A stretch of DNA of 32,000 nt, taken from positions 330,001-362,000 of the forward strand of contig NZ_AP014945.1 of NCBI RefSeq assembly GCF_001548275.1, in the 5' to 3' direction. The translations under genes and the position numbers were made by a program. The DNA comes from Caldimicrobium thiodismutans. GTDB taxonomy: Bacteria; Desulfobacterota; Thermodesulfobacteria; Thermodesulfobacteriales; Thermodesulfobacteriaceae. The stretch's first letter is position 1. Every line of letters starts with the position of its first letter. Positions 15,809-24,769 of this stretch are shown here, piece by piece. The notes beneath the pieces are model-generated. The model did no database searches. It saw only the letters and a program-made list of their open reading frames with translations, and was not told the DNA's origin.

Positions 15809-16294
15809 ATGGCAGAAGAGGTCAAAGAAGAGGTTAAAGAGAAAAAGGGAGGTAAAAAGAAACTTCTTATCTTTATTCTTCTTGGTTTTCTAATTATAGG
15901 TATTGCTGGTGCTGGAGTCTTTGTTTTTCTTGGAAAAAAAGGAGAAGAAGCTGCAGAGAGCAAAAAAGGGAAAAAGTCTGCTAAACCAAAGGTAACATTT
16001 TTTATTGAATATGATCCCATAATTGTTAATTTGATGGATCCCTCTGGTAAACGCTATCTACAGGTGAGAATGAGTTTTGAGGTTGCAGATAAAAAGGTTG
16101 AGGAAGAGCTTAAAAAGAAGGAACCCCTTATCAAGGATTTGGTTTTGAGTATTTTAAGTGGAAAGACTGTTGAAGAGGTGGTTGTACCAGATGCTAAGGA
16201 AAAGATTAAAGCTGAAATCCTGAAAAAGGTAAATGAAGCCCTTGGAGAAGAGCTGGTTTTAAATGTTTATATTACTCAGTTTATTGTGGAGTAA
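15809..16294 (+). CDS. fliL: Flagellar basal-body-associated protein FliL
   Basis: Start taken at ATG 15809 (SD GGGAGGAGG). The track's TTG 15761 would overlap the promoter. Lys-rich N-terminus, one TM helix, then IVNLMDPSGKRYLQVRMSFEV...PLIKDLVLSIL...LNVYITQFIVE, which is typical of FliL. Confidence 0.85.
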   Translation: MAEEVKEEVKEKKGGKKKLLIFILLGFLIIGIAGAGVFVFLGKKGEEAAESKKGKKSAKPKVTFFIEYDPIIVNLMDPSGKRYLQVRMSFEVADKKVEEELKKKEPLIKDLVLSILSGKTVEEVVVPDAKEKIKAEILKKVNEALGEELVLNVYITQFIVE

Positions 16295-16300
16295 AGTTAT

Positions 16301-17278
16301 ATGGAAAACATTCTAAGTCAAGAAGAGATTGATGCCCTTCTTTCAGGTCTTGAGAGTGGAAAGATTGATACCACACCGGAAAAACCTGAAGAGGGAAAGG
16401 TAAAACCCTTTGACTTTAGAAATTTTGCTATCTCTACTCGTTTAAAGATCCCCGGTATAGATGTTATTAATGATGCCTTAGCGCGTGCCTTAAGGTTAAG
16501 TTTTTCAACTATGCTTAGAGAAATGGTTGACATGATTAACATTCCTACCCAGATGGAGAGATTTAGGGATTTTCTGAATAAGATTCCAGTTCCGACCTCA
16601 ATTCATATTTTTAAATTAGAACCCTTGAAGGGAAATTCTCTTTTGATTATTGATGCCCCTTTAGTGTTTGTGTTTGTAGAGAGATTCTTAGGGGGTGGGG
16701 AGAGGAAAATTGTTAAGGTTGAGGGAAGAGAATTTACTCCTATTGAGCAAAAACTTATTAAGCGGGTTGTGGATATGATCTTTCTTGAGCTTGAAAAGGC
16801 CTGGAAAAATGTCTATCCTGTGAAGCCTAAATATATAAGGGGTGAAGTTAATCCCCAGTTTGCCAGGGTTTTACAACCGGAAGAGACGGTTCTTGTTACC
16901 GGTTTTAACCTTGAAATGGAAACCATAAGCGGAAAAATCCTTTTTTGTTATTCTCTGAGCTCCCTTCAGCCCATAAAGGACAAGCTCTATTCGCCCTATC
17001 AAATTGAAGAAGTGATAGATTCTAAATGGCGAAGGTCCTTAGAGCAGATTATTTTGAATAGTGAGGTCTCTCTGAGGGCCCTCTTAGGAAAAGGAAAAAT
17101 TACTCTTGGGGATCTTATTCATCTCAAAGAGGGTGATGTAATTCTTTTAGAAAAAAAGTCTGAAGAGCCCATTGAGATTCAGGTTGAGGATACTCCTAAA
17201 ATGCAGGGAAAAATGGGGGTCTTTAAAAGACATTTAGCTATCCAGATTGAAAAATTTGTAACCTTTCAAGAGGAATAA
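16301..17278 (+). CDS. fliM: Flagellar motor switch protein FliM
   Basis: N-terminal CheY-P-binding peptide LSQEEIDALL, a middle FliM domain and a C-terminal SpoA-like domain (LKEGDVILLEK...). Confidence 0.92.
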   Translation: MENILSQEEIDALLSGLESGKIDTTPEKPEEGKVKPFDFRNFAISTRLKIPGIDVINDALARALRLSFSTMLREMVDMINIPTQMERFRDFLNKIPVPTSIHIFKLEPLKGNSLLIIDAPLVFVFVERFLGGGERKIVKVEGREFTPIEQKLIKRVVDMIFLELEKAWKNVYPVKPKYIRGEVNPQFARVLQPEETVLVTGFNLEMETISGKILFCYSLSSLQPIKDKLYSPYQIEEVIDSKWRRSLEQIILNSEVSLRALLGKGKITLGDLIHLKEGDVILLEKKSEEPIEIQVEDTPKMQGKMGVFKRHLAIQIEKFVTFQEE

Positions 17279-17294
17279 ACAGAGGAGGTTTCTT

Positions 17295-17783
17295 ATGGCT
17301 GAAGAAAATATTGAAAGACCTGAAGAAAAAAAAGAAGAGGAGGCCCTTAATCCTGAAGACTTGATGTCCATGTGGGAATCTGCCTTAAAGGAGGCCCAAG
17401 CAGAAAAATCTTCTCAGGAGGAGACCTCAATTTCTACTCCTGAAGAGGTTAAAAAAGAAATACCAGTCTCTCAACCTGCTCAACTTCAGGAGCTAAAACC
17501 AACAAGAGAGGAAGGTCTCCATCCTGAGTTTGACTTTATTCTTGATATCCCTCTTGAGATCTCCGTTGAAATAGGAAGAACCAAAATGCTTATTAAAGAA
17601 CTTTTAAAACTAAATCAGGGCTCTATTGTTGAACTTGAAAAGTTTGCAGGAGAGCCTGTTGAGGTCTATGTAAACGGGAAACTCATGGCCAAAGGTGAGG
17701 TTGTAGTAGTAAATGATCGCTTCGGGGTAAGAATTACTGAAATTATTAGTGCTCAGGATAGAATCAAAAGGCTCGGGTCTTAA
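17295..17783 (+). CDS. fliN: Flagellar motor switch protein FliN
   Basis: Acidic N-terminus and a C-terminal SpoA domain: ILDIPLEISVEIGRTKMLIKELLKLNQGSIVELEKFAGEPVEVYVNGKLMAKGEVVVVNDRFGVRITEI. Confidence 0.9.
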   Translation: MAEENIERPEEKKEEEALNPEDLMSMWESALKEAQAEKSSQEETSISTPEEVKKEIPVSQPAQLQELKPTREEGLHPEFDFILDIPLEISVEIGRTKMLIKELLKLNQGSIVELEKFAGEPVEVYVNGKLMAKGEVVVVNDRFGVRITEIISAQDRIKRLGS

Positions 17784-17785
17784 CT

Positions 17786-18037
17786 ATGGAATGGCTGAAT
17801 TATTTACAAAGCTTGGGGATTTTGCTACTTATTTTAAGTGCCTTGCCTGTCTTAGCCCATCTTTATAAGAGGTATCAGACTAAGGTTCCCTCCTCTTCCG
17901 CTATCAAAATTCTGGAAATAAAACCCATAGCTTATAAGGCACAAATTTTGTTAATAGAAGTTGAGGGAAAAAAAATGCTTATTGGGCTCTCAGATAAGGG
18001 ATTTAGTTTTCTTGGGGAGGTAAAAAATGATGCTTAA
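17786..18037 (+). CDS. fliO: Flagellar biosynthesis protein FliO/FliZ
   Basis: 83 aa with a single TM helix and the typical ...KMLIGLSDKGFSFLGE tail. Position between fliN and fliP; overlaps fliP by 11 nt. Confidence 0.7.
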   Translation: MEWLNYLQSLGILLLILSALPVLAHLYKRYQTKVPSSSAIKILEIKPIAYKAQILLIEVEGKKMLIGLSDKGFSFLGEVKNDA

Positions 18038-18725
18038 TTTAGCTGCCTTTGCCTTACCAGCCCTTAAGGTGAGCATGGAAGCCTCTCAAAATCCCTCTCA
18101 GATGAGTGTTTTTTTACAGATTCTTCTTCTTTTGACTATTTTATCCATTGCCCCAGCCATTTTGTTAATGCTTACCTCCTTTACCCGCCTGGTAGTTGTC
18201 TTTTCTATTCTAAGGCATGCCCTTGGCCTTCAGCAAACCCCTCCCAATCAGGTTTTAATCTCCTTAGCTCTTTTTCTGACCTTTTTTATTATGACACCTG
18301 TCTTTAAAGAGGTCTATACCTCAGCGCTACAACCCTATTTGCAAAAGCAAATAAATGAAGAGGAACTCTTCAAAAGAGCTGCCCATCCCATTAAAGACTT
18401 TATGTTTAAAAATACCCGTGAAAAGGATTTAGCCCTTTTTATTAAACTTCGTGGAGAGGAAAGACCAAAAACAAAAGAGGATGTCTCTTTACTTACTTTA
18501 ATTCCAGCCTTTATGATTAGTGAGCTTAAAACTGCCTTTCAAATCGGATTTTTGCTTTATATCCCCTTCTTAGTTATAGATATCGTGGTCTCAAGTGTGC
18601 TTATTTCTATGGGAGTTCTTATGCTTCCTCCCATGATGCTTTCTTTACCTCTAAAACTTTTACTTTTTGTTCTTGTAGATGGTTGGAATCTTTTAGTCAT
18701 GTCCTTAGTAAAAAGTTTTTATTAA
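18027..18725 (+). CDS. fliP: Flagellar type III export apparatus protein FliP
   Basis: [55 protein letters not shown] and [39 protein letters not shown]-type motifs, near-canonical FliP. Confidence 0.93.
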   Translation: [232 protein letters not shown]

Positions 18726-18741
18726 AGGAGGTGTCAAGCTT

Positions 18742-19011
18742 ATGACAGATGTTACGATTTTGACCTTAGCTAAGGAGGCCATTAAGCTCAGTCTCTTTTT
18801 ATCTGCTCCACTGCTTTTGACTGCCCTGGTCATAGGTCTGGCTATAAGTATTTTTCAGGCAGTTACCCAGATTCAGGAAATGACCCTTACCTTTGTGCCC
18901 AAGATCCTGGCTATGGTCTTAGTCCTTTTTATAACCCTTCCCTGGTTTTTAAAAAAACTAACCACTTTTACGGAAAATTTGATTCTAAATATTCCCGGGA
19001 TGATTAAATGA
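18742..19011 (+). CDS. fliQ: Flagellar export apparatus protein FliQ
   Basis: 89 aa, two TM helices, GLAISIFQAVTQIQEMTLTFVPKI motif. Confidence 0.9.
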   Translation: MTDVTILTLAKEAIKLSLFLSAPLLLTALVIGLAISIFQAVTQIQEMTLTFVPKILAMVLVLFITLPWFLKKLTTFTENLILNIPGMIK

Positions 19012-19784
19012 CTTTAACCCTAATAGAGCTTTTGCAAAGGGAATTCTTTACCTTTTTGCTAATCTTTATACGGATTCTTCTTTTGTGGTTTCTATTTCCG
19101 GTTTTTTCAACAACCTTTTTTCCGACTAAACTCAGGATTGCCCTCTCCATGGTGCTTGCCTTAGCCTTTACTCCTTTACTTAGTTTTAAAATAACACCTC
19201 CCCAAAATTTTTATGAGTTTCTTCCCTATTTTCTTTCTGATTTTCTTTTAATCTTTGTGCTTTCCCTTTTTTTCAGGGTAATTTTAGGAGGGCTACAGCT
19301 TGGGGGAGAGCTTGTGGGTCTCCAGATGGGATTTGGAATATCCCAGACCTTTGACCCCCTTGGTGGAGTAAGTATGCCTATTATCTCTCAATTTATATAT
19401 CTTCTCCTCTTACTCTTTTTCTTTACCTTTGATATCCACCACCACTTAATTTATTTTCTTATTAAATCCTTTTATGAAATTCCCCCTGGTTCTTTTTATA
19501 TAAAAGGGGATTTCGTGCAATTTCTTTTAAAAAAGAGTGGTCTTATTTTTGACATAGCAGTCAGAGTTTTGGCGCCTCTTTTGGTCTTTATGCTTCTTAT
19601 CAATATTATCCTTGCTATAATAGGAAGATTAATTCCCCAGATTAATGTGCTATTTGTGAGCTTTCCCTTGACCCTTGGTCTTGGGCTTTTCTTCTTTGGC
19701 TTAATGCTTTTCTTGATCCCAAAGATTTTAAATCTTTATTTTAATGAATTTGGTAAATTTATGCAGATTATTTTAAAGATGTGA
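19008..19784 (+). CDS. fliR: Flagellar export apparatus protein FliR
   Basis: 258 aa polytopic membrane protein. Has LQLGGELVGLQMGFG and coupled ATGA overlap with fliQ. Confidence 0.88.
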   Translation: MTLTLIELLQREFFTFLLIFIRILLLWFLFPVFSTTFFPTKLRIALSMVLALAFTPLLSFKITPPQNFYEFLPYFLSDFLLIFVLSLFFRVILGGLQLGGELVGLQMGFGISQTFDPLGGVSMPIISQFIYLLLLLFFFTFDIHHHLIYFLIKSFYEIPPGSFYIKGDFVQFLLKKSGLIFDIAVRVLAPLLVFMLLINIILAIIGRLIPQINVLFVSFPLTLGLGLFFFGLMLFLIPKILNLYFNEFGKFMQIILKM

Positions 19785-19791
19785 GGAAGGC

Positions 19792-20865
19792 ATGCCTGAG
19801 GAGCAGGCCCAAGAGCGCACAGAAGAGGCTACCCCGCGGCGAAGGGAAGAAGCCAAGCGCCGGGGACAAATTGTTAAGAGTAGAGAGCTTTCATCCGTTG
19901 CTCTTCTTTCAACAGGGTTTTTGAGCTCTTTAGTCCTGAGTTTTGTTTTTTTTCAGCAATTTTTCTTTATTCTGAAGTTTAGCTTTTCAAACTTTTCTAC
20001 AGGAGATCTTGACTTTTCAAACCTTTTATACATTGTCAAAACTTGCCTCTATGCCCTTTTTAAATTTTTACTCCCCTTTTTTGTTTTGCTCCTAATTTCC
20101 GCTTTTGTTATTTATTTAGTGCAAACAGGGGGAGGTGTTTGGGCAGAAGAGGCTATCTCTCTTAAGTGGGACCGAATAAATCCTGTTGAAGGTTTTAAAA
20201 GGCTCTTTTCCTTGACCTCTTTTTTTGAGCTGGTCAAGGCTTTAGTCAAGCTTGCTATCATTACAGCCTTTAGTTATTGGATCATAAGTCAAAATTTTGA
20301 CAAACTAATTAAACTGCTTGGGGTGGAGTCCTATTATCTCCTTGCTACTCTTAAGGTTTTGCTTAAGGATCTTTTAGGTAAGTTACTTTCTGTTCTTGCT
20401 TTTTTAGCCATTCTTGACTGGCTGTATGCCCGTTGGGACCTTGAGAGAAAGTTGCGGATGACTCGGGAAGAACTTAAAGAGGAACTTAAACAAACAGAGG
20501 GTGATCCCTGGGTGAAGGCCAAAATCAGGCAAAAACAGAGAGAAATGAGCAGACAGAGGATGCTTGCTGAGGTACCCAAAGCAGATGTGGTCATTACCAA
20601 CCCAGAGCACTTTGCTGTGGCTTTAAAATATGATATCGGAAAGATGCCTGCTCCTCAAGTGATTGCAAAGGGAGTTGATTTCTTAGCTCAAAAGATTAAA
20701 GAGGTTGCCAAAAAACATGGGATTCCCATCTATGAGGATCCCCCTCTGGCACAAATTTTGTATAAAAAAGTAGAGGTAGGGGAATACATACCTGAGGATC
20801 TATATCAGGTAGTGGCTAAAATTTTAGCTTATGTTTATAAAATGAAAAAGAAAAAATGGAGCTAA
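19792..20865 (+). CDS. flhB: Flagellar export switch protein FlhB
   Basis: N-terminal QERTEEATPRRREEAKRRGQIVKSRE, four TM helices, MTREELKEELKQTEGDPWVKAKIRQ. The autocleavage site VVITNPEHFAVAL is the NPEH variant of NPTH. Also has PLAQILY. Confidence 0.93.
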   Translation: MPEEQAQERTEEATPRRREEAKRRGQIVKSRELSSVALLSTGFLSSLVLSFVFFQQFFFILKFSFSNFSTGDLDFSNLLYIVKTCLYALFKFLLPFFVLLLISAFVIYLVQTGGGVWAEEAISLKWDRINPVEGFKRLFSLTSFFELVKALVKLAIITAFSYWIISQNFDKLIKLLGVESYYLLATLKVLLKDLLGKLLSVLAFLAILDWLYARWDLERKLRMTREELKEELKQTEGDPWVKAKIRQKQREMSRQRMLAEVPKADVVITNPEHFAVALKYDIGKMPAPQVIAKGVDFLAQKIKEVAKKHGIPIYEDPPLAQILYKKVEVGEYIPEDLYQVVAKILAYVYKMKKKKWS

Positions 20866-20871
20866 TAATTA

Positions 20872-22935
20872 ATGGATAGGACATTTACTTTAAAGAATCT
20901 TTTAGATTTTTATAGTATTACCGCTGTTATAGGTGTAATCTTACTTTTTGCTTTGATTATTTTCCCCTTGCCCCGTCTTTTGATAGACCTTGCCCTCTCC
21001 CTTAACTTTTCTATAGGTCTTCTTATCCTCATCATGGCCATGCAGGTTAATAAACCCCTTGATTTTACGGCCTTTCCTTCTTTGCTTCTCCTTACTACCC
21101 TCTTTAGGCTTACTATGAATATTGCTACAACCCGGGTAATTCTTCTCCGAGGGCATGAGGGAACAGATGCTGCAGGGCATCTTATTAAAAGCTTTGGGGA
21201 GTTTGTGGTAGGAGGAAACTTTGTTGTTGGTTTCATAGTCTTTCTTATTTTGGTTTTAATAAATTTTGTGGTTATCACCAAAGGTGCAGGGAGAATTGCT
21301 GAGGTAGCGGCAAGATTTACCTTAGATGCCATGCCAGGGAAACAGATGGCCATTGATGCTGACCTTAATGCAGGGCTTATTGATGAAAGGGAAGCCCGTA
21401 GAAGAAGGGAAGAGATTGCCAAGGAAGCTGAATTTTATGGAGCCATGGATGGTGCTTCCAAATTTATCCGGGGAGAGGCCATTGCAGGGCTGATTATTAC
21501 AGTTATAAATATAATAGGGGGAATTCTTATTGGCACCCTTCAGAGGGGACTTGATCTTTCAACCTCAGCCAAGACTTACACCATTTTGACCATTGGAGAT
21601 GGTCTGGTAGCTCAACTTCCAGCCATTGTAGTCTCTACCTCAGCAGGTATTATAGTGAGTAGGGCAGCTGCTGAGGCTGGTATGGGGAGAGATATAGCTA
21701 AACAGTTTGCCCTAAGGCCTGAGGCCATGTTTTTAGCCTCAGGGGCAGTTTTAGCTTTAGGACTAATACCCGGGCTTCCCTTTTTCCCCTTTTTTGTCTT
21801 TGCCCTTTTTCTTTTCTCTCTTGGTTTTATCTCTTATAGACATCTAAGGAAAGAAGAGGTAAAGCCCATAGAAGAGGCTCCTCCTCCACCACCTGAGGTG
21901 GAAGAGGTGCGTCCGGTTGAGCTTCTTGCAGTGGAACTTGGTTATGCTTTGATTTATTTAGCGGATGAAGCTCAGGGAGGAGACCTCCTTGAAAGGATAA
22001 AAAATCTTCGAAAACAGATGGCTCAGGAGCTTGGTATCATGATACCCTCTGTGCATGTTAGAGATAATCTTTCTTTAAAGCCCGGAGAGTATCAGATTCT
22101 CATTAAGGGAGTTGAAATAGCCAAGGGAGAACTCTTACCCAATTATTACTTAGCTATACCCCCCAGTCCTGATCTTTTGCCTCCTGAAGGAGCAATCCCC
22201 ACTACTGAACCTACTTTTGGAATGAGGGCTTATTTCCTCCCAGAGGAGCTTAAAGATTCTGCTGAAATGGCAGGGTTTACTGTAGTTAATCTCTCAACAG
22301 TTATTACTACCCATCTTTCTGAAGTTATCAAGACCTATGCAGATGAACTCCTAACTAAACAGGAGGTCCAGAAAATCATTGATACCATGAATAAATATTA
22401 TCCCAAATTAGTTGAAGAGACCTTGAATGCGGTAAATCTAACCACTATTCAAAAGGTCTTACAGAATCTTGTGAAAGAGGGTATTCCTCTTAAAGACATG
22501 GTGACTATCTTTGAAGGGATTAGTGATTATGGATCCTCTGTAAAAGATCCCGATATACTTACAGAATATGTGAGACAGAGATTAAGTAGATTTATTGTTA
22601 AGCCCTATATAGTTGAGGGTAAACTTCCTACAATCCTTGTGGGAGATGACATTGAGGAGATTATGAAAAAGAGTCTTCAGAGAACAGAACAGGGTGTCTT
22701 TTTGATGATTGATCCCAAAATTGGCTCAAAGATTGTGGCATCTTTATCTCAGGCAGTTGAAAGGGTGGGCCAGAAGAATCTTTTACCAGTCATCCTCTGT
22801 GGACCAACCATACGGAGGCATCTGCGCAAACTCATTGAAAGGACTTTGAGGTATGTGCCGGTGCTCTCTCAGGCTGAGATTCCAGGTGAGGTGCAGGTAG
22901 AGATCCTTGAGGTAGTAAGACTTGTGAGGGAATAG
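20872..22935 (+). CDS. flhA: Flagellar export gate protein FlhA
   Basis: 687 aa. FHIPEP-family motifs (FPSLLLLTTLFRLTMNIATTRVIL, VVGFIVFLILVLINFVVITKGAGRIAEVAARFTLDAMPGKQMAIDADL) and a cytoplasmic C-terminal domain. Confidence 0.95.
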   Translation: MDRTFTLKNLLDFYSITAVIGVILLFALIIFPLPRLLIDLALSLNFSIGLLILIMAMQVNKPLDFTAFPSLLLLTTLFRLTMNIATTRVILLRGHEGTDAAGHLIKSFGEFVVGGNFVVGFIVFLILVLINFVVITKGAGRIAEVAARFTLDAMPGKQMAIDADLNAGLIDEREARRRREEIAKEAEFYGAMDGASKFIRGEAIAGLIITVINIIGGILIGTLQRGLDLSTSAKTYTILTIGDGLVAQLPAIVVSTSAGIIVSRAAAEAGMGRDIAKQFALRPEAMFLASGAVLALGLIPGLPFFPFFVFALFLFSLGFISYRHLRKEEVKPIEEAPPPPPEVEEVRPVELLAVELGYALIYLADEAQGGDLLERIKNLRKQMAQELGIMIPSVHVRDNLSLKPGEYQILIKGVEIAKGELLPNYYLAIPPSPDLLPPEGAIPTTEPTFGMRAYFLPEELKDSAEMAGFTVVNLSTVITTHLSEVIKTYADELLTKQEVQKIIDTMNKYYPKLVEETLNAVNLTTIQKVLQNLVKEGIPLKDMVTIFEGISDYGSSVKDPDILTEYVRQRLSRFIVKPYIVEGKLPTILVGDDIEEIMKKSLQRTEQGVFLMIDPKIGSKIVASLSQAVERVGQKNLLPVILCGPTIRRHLRKLIERTLRYVPVLSQAEIPGEVQVEILEVVRLVRE

Positions 22936-22938
22936 AGC

Positions 22939-23946
22939 ATGCGCATAAAGAAGATAAGGGCCAAAAACATGGTTGAGGCCTTAAGAAAGGTCAAGGATGA
23001 GCTGGGTGAGGAAGCAGTGATTCTTGATTCAGGAAAGATTAAAGAAAATGGACTTGAATTATACGAGGTAGTGGCAGCGGTTGAAGAGCATGAAATTGAA
23101 AATAGTATTATCTCTGAAACATCCTCCTATTCTGAAAGGGGACTTTCTATTTATGAGGATCTTAGAAAAGATATTCTGGAGATCAAAGGTGCTCTTAGAG
23201 AACTCTTACAGAGCAATTCCAAAGGGCTTGCAGTCAAACTTTTAAAAGAAGGGGTTCCAGAGGAGATTGTGGAAAAGCTCGAGAAGTCCTCTCAGGATTT
23301 ACCACAATTTGTCCTATCTGCTTTAAAAAGCAAGGGTGTAAATCCTCTTTCACGCCTTCAGGTTTTTGTGGGTGAGCCTGGGGTTGGAAAAACTACCTCT
23401 CTCTTTAAGCTTGCCTTCTGGTATAGAGTTCATAAAAATTCAAAAGTGGCAATTTTAAGTGTGGATAACTACAAAATTGGAGGAAAGGAACAGTCTCAGA
23501 AACTTTCAAATCTTCTTGAGATCCCCTTTTATCAATCTGATTGGGAGGATTTTCAAAAATTTCAAAGAGAATTTTTCTCTCAGTATGACTTTCTTTTGAT
23601 TGATACCCCGAGTCTAAGCAAAAGATTTACCATTCATGATCTCTATGATCTATTTAAACTCTATCCTTTTTTGAGATTTTATTGGGTAGTTAGGGTTACG
23701 GAAAATGCTGAAAATATGTTAAAACTCTGGGAGGATTTAAAGGATTTACCTGTGGATGGAATAATTCTTACTTTTTTAGACAGATTATATTCTGGTTATA
23801 GACTTTTCTGGCTCTTAAAAGAGGAGATCCCAGCACCTCTTTTTGGCACAACAGGGGAGAGAATCCCTGAAGATTTGGAAATATTAGAAGGAAAGACTCT
23901 TTTGGGGTTATTTTTAAGAGGAATAAAAGATAAAGTTTTAGAATAA
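22939..23946 (+). CDS. flhF: Flagellar SRP-type GTPase FlhF (divergent G3/G4 motifs)
   Basis: G1 GEPGVGKTT, SVDNYKIGGKEQ, and TTGERIPEDL at the C-terminus are FlhF-like. However, G3 reads DTPSL (canonical DTAGR) and G4 reads TFLD (canonical TKxD). Confidence 0.85.
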   Translation: MRIKKIRAKNMVEALRKVKDELGEEAVILDSGKIKENGLELYEVVAAVEEHEIENSIISETSSYSERGLSIYEDLRKDILEIKGALRELLQSNSKGLAVKLLKEGVPEEIVEKLEKSSQDLPQFVLSALKSKGVNPLSRLQVFVGEPGVGKTTSLFKLAFWYRVHKNSKVAILSVDNYKIGGKEQSQKLSNLLEIPFYQSDWEDFQKFQREFFSQYDFLLIDTPSLSKRFTIHDLYDLFKLYPFLRFYWVVRVTENAENMLKLWEDLKDLPVDGIILTFLDRLYSGYRLFWLLKEEIPAPLFGTTGERIPEDLEILEGKTLLGLFLRGIKDKVLE

Positions 23947-23963
23947 AGGGAGGAGGAGAGAAC

Positions 23964-24758
23964 ATGCAAAGTTTTTCTATAGCCAGTGGTAAAGGTGGGG
24001 TGGGGAAGACCAGTTTTGTTATTAATTTGGCTTTGGGACTGAGCCAGCTCAAGCAAAAGGTCTTGATCTTTGATGCAGACCTTGGGCTTGCCAATGTGGA
24101 CATAATGCTTGGAATCTCACCCAAGTTTGATATTCGTTTTGTTTTAAATGGTTCTCTTAGTCTCAAAGATATAATTTATGAAACAGAGTATGGATTTTCT
24201 GTTATACCTGCGGGTTCTGGAGTTTTGGAACTTACTCAGCTTAATTCTAATCAAAAATTGCTCCTTCGAGCCCAGATGGAAGAGGCCTTTTCCCCCTTTG
24301 ATTATCTCTTTTTTGATATCTCAGCCGGAATCTCAGATAATGTTTTATTTTTCTCCCAGCTTGCCGAGGAAAGGATTGTTATTCTCACTCCTGAACCAAC
24401 CTCTATGGCTGATGCCTATGCCTACTTGAAGGTTTTATATAAAAAGAGTAAAATTAAAAACTATAAGTTGATAGTTAATATGGCTAAGGATAATGAGGAG
24501 GGCAAAAGAGTGTTTCATCAGTTGCTCTATGTTATTGAAAAGTTTCTTCCAGAGATTAAGATAAGTCTTTTGGGAATATTGCCTTATGATGAGTGTGTTA
24601 AAAGGGCTATACGAAGTCAAACCCCTTATTTAATTTATTGCCCTGAGGCTAAGATTAGTTTCAAAATAAAAGAGATTGCCTATAAAATTTTAAATGAGAA
24701 ATCAAGAAAGAAAGATAAAGTATTAGAGGAATTTTTAGAGAGATTTTCAGCCTTATAA
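23964..24758 (+). CDS. flhG: MinD/ParA-type ATPase FlhG (YlxH/FleN)
   Basis: Deviant Walker A SGKGGVGKTS begins at residue 8, followed by IFDADLGLANVD. Sits in the conserved position after flhF. Only 17 nt (an SD) separate it from the flhF stop, so no N-terminal extension is possible. Confidence 0.88.
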   Translation: MQSFSIASGKGGVGKTSFVINLALGLSQLKQKVLIFDADLGLANVDIMLGISPKFDIRFVLNGSLSLKDIIYETEYGFSVIPAGSGVLELTQLNSNQKLLLRAQMEEAFSPFDYLFFDISAGISDNVLFFSQLAEERIVILTPEPTSMADAYAYLKVLYKKSKIKNYKLIVNMAKDNEEGKRVFHQLLYVIEKFLPEIKISLLGILPYDECVKRAIRSQTPYLIYCPEAKISFKIKEIAYKILNEKSRKKDKVLEEFLERFSAL

Positions 24759-24769
24759 CAGGGGAGATA

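Noticed and set aside
20747-20762. Second sigma-54-like site TGGCACAAATTTTGTA inside flhB, sharing a 14-nt exact match with the fliL promoter, about 110 nt upstream of flhA
   Set aside because: The critical -12 GC is GT. The sequence simply encodes the conserved FlhB motif P-L-A-Q-I-L-Y. One chance 14-mer repeat is expected in an AT-rich 32-kb window. Probably not a promoter, although TSS data could revisit this.
20910-21422. 170-aa antisense ORF within flhA, plus other antisense ORFs in the track (e.g. 2207-2602, 5747-5950, 6650-6883, 7346-7567, 20334-20600, 23768-24166, 28312-28980)
   Set aside because: All lie fully inside strongly supported genes on the opposite strand. They have Arg/Ser/Pro-rich or low-complexity translations with no motifs or SDs. 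These are typical shadow ORFs.
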